Of a stretch of DNA of 64,000 bases, positions 63,943-64,000 are shown piece after piece (position 1 is the stretch's first letter; every line of letters begins with the position of its first letter). Origin of the DNA: an uncultured Spirochaetota bacterium (GTDB taxonomy: Bacteria; Spirochaetota; Spirochaetia; SZUA-6; Fen-1364). A program made the position numbers and the translations under genes. Below the pieces are notes generated by a model that did not search any database, had not been told where the DNA came from, and saw only the letters and a program-made list of their open reading frames with translations. Location: assembly GCA_963768665.1 (NCBI GenBank), contig CAVYIU010000007.1:391308-455307 (forward strand). Reading direction: 5' to 3'.

Positions 63943-64000
63943 GCGACAAGAAACACCGCCATCGCGATGTTGAACATCACGACGAGCGATGATATCCGGG
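63801..64000 (-). CDS. 3' part of a DoxX-like membrane protein (partial; continues beyond the right edge)
   Basis: Own translation: ...SLVVMFNIAMAVFLVAYRNAFVLQRSGAWALESEAFFFLTALVVFLIGAGKYRLTRGEGILA*. The GAGKY(S/R)L ending is typical of DoxX. The stop TAG is the complement of 63801-63803. Confidence 0.5.
   Translation of the reverse strand, partial: RISSLVVMFNIAMAVFLVAYRNAFVLQRSGAWALESEAFFFLTALVVFLIGAGKYRLTRGEGILA

Noticed and set aside
1-64000. tRNA, rRNA, tmRNA, transposase or integrase genes
   Set aside because: I scanned the intergenic regions and ORF translations for T-loop GGTTCGA-type motifs, DDE and tyrosine-recombinase signatures, and found none. This was a by-eye search and cannot exclude degenerate copies.

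Overview
High-GC bacterial chromosomal window, lineage not identifiable from sequence alone. I recognised no rRNA, tRNA, CRISPR array, transposase or integrase. It holds about 60 protein-coding genes or gene remnants, mostly in tightly packed operons whose stop and start codons overlap by 1-4 nt.

Recognisable content, left to right:
- preQ1-I riboswitch, then yhhQ and queF
- GH51 arabinofuranosidase
- radical-SAM gene translationally coupled to an MFS transporter
- phosphomannomutase fused to a class I mannose-6-phosphate isomerase (1008-aa ORF)
- uppP
- methyltransferase / GNAT / beta-lactamase-family hydrolase operon
- 909-aa GGDEF protein
- hflX
- lysine-2,3-aminomutase / ATP-grasp / GNAT cluster
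- MarR operon
- two HEPN + minimal-nucleotidyltransferase (MNT) pairs
- seven-gene MoxR / DUF58 / vWA (Bat-like) operon
- pdxR-pdxS-pdxT
- membrane-bound SARP/BTAD-TPR regulator
- heterodimeric ABC exporter
- Opp/Dpp-type peptide ABC importer

Observations most worth a second look:
1. A lower-GC 1.14-kb HEPN/MNT cassette lies between two copies of the last 77 bp of pdxT. This looks like an att duplication, but no recombinase is present.
2. A family of 21-23-bp tandem repeats sits at gene boundaries. Two arrays add in-frame acidic heptad tails to unrelated ABC ATPase genes. One 43-bp expansion frameshifts the oppD-like gene.
3. At least 12 single-nucleotide frameshifts are spread over nine otherwise well-conserved genes, alongside several truncated or internally deleted genes. 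Either the consensus sequence is error-prone or the genome is decaying. Raw reads are needed to decide.

I did not find one clear-cut new multi-gene system. The candidates above are offered with that limitation.
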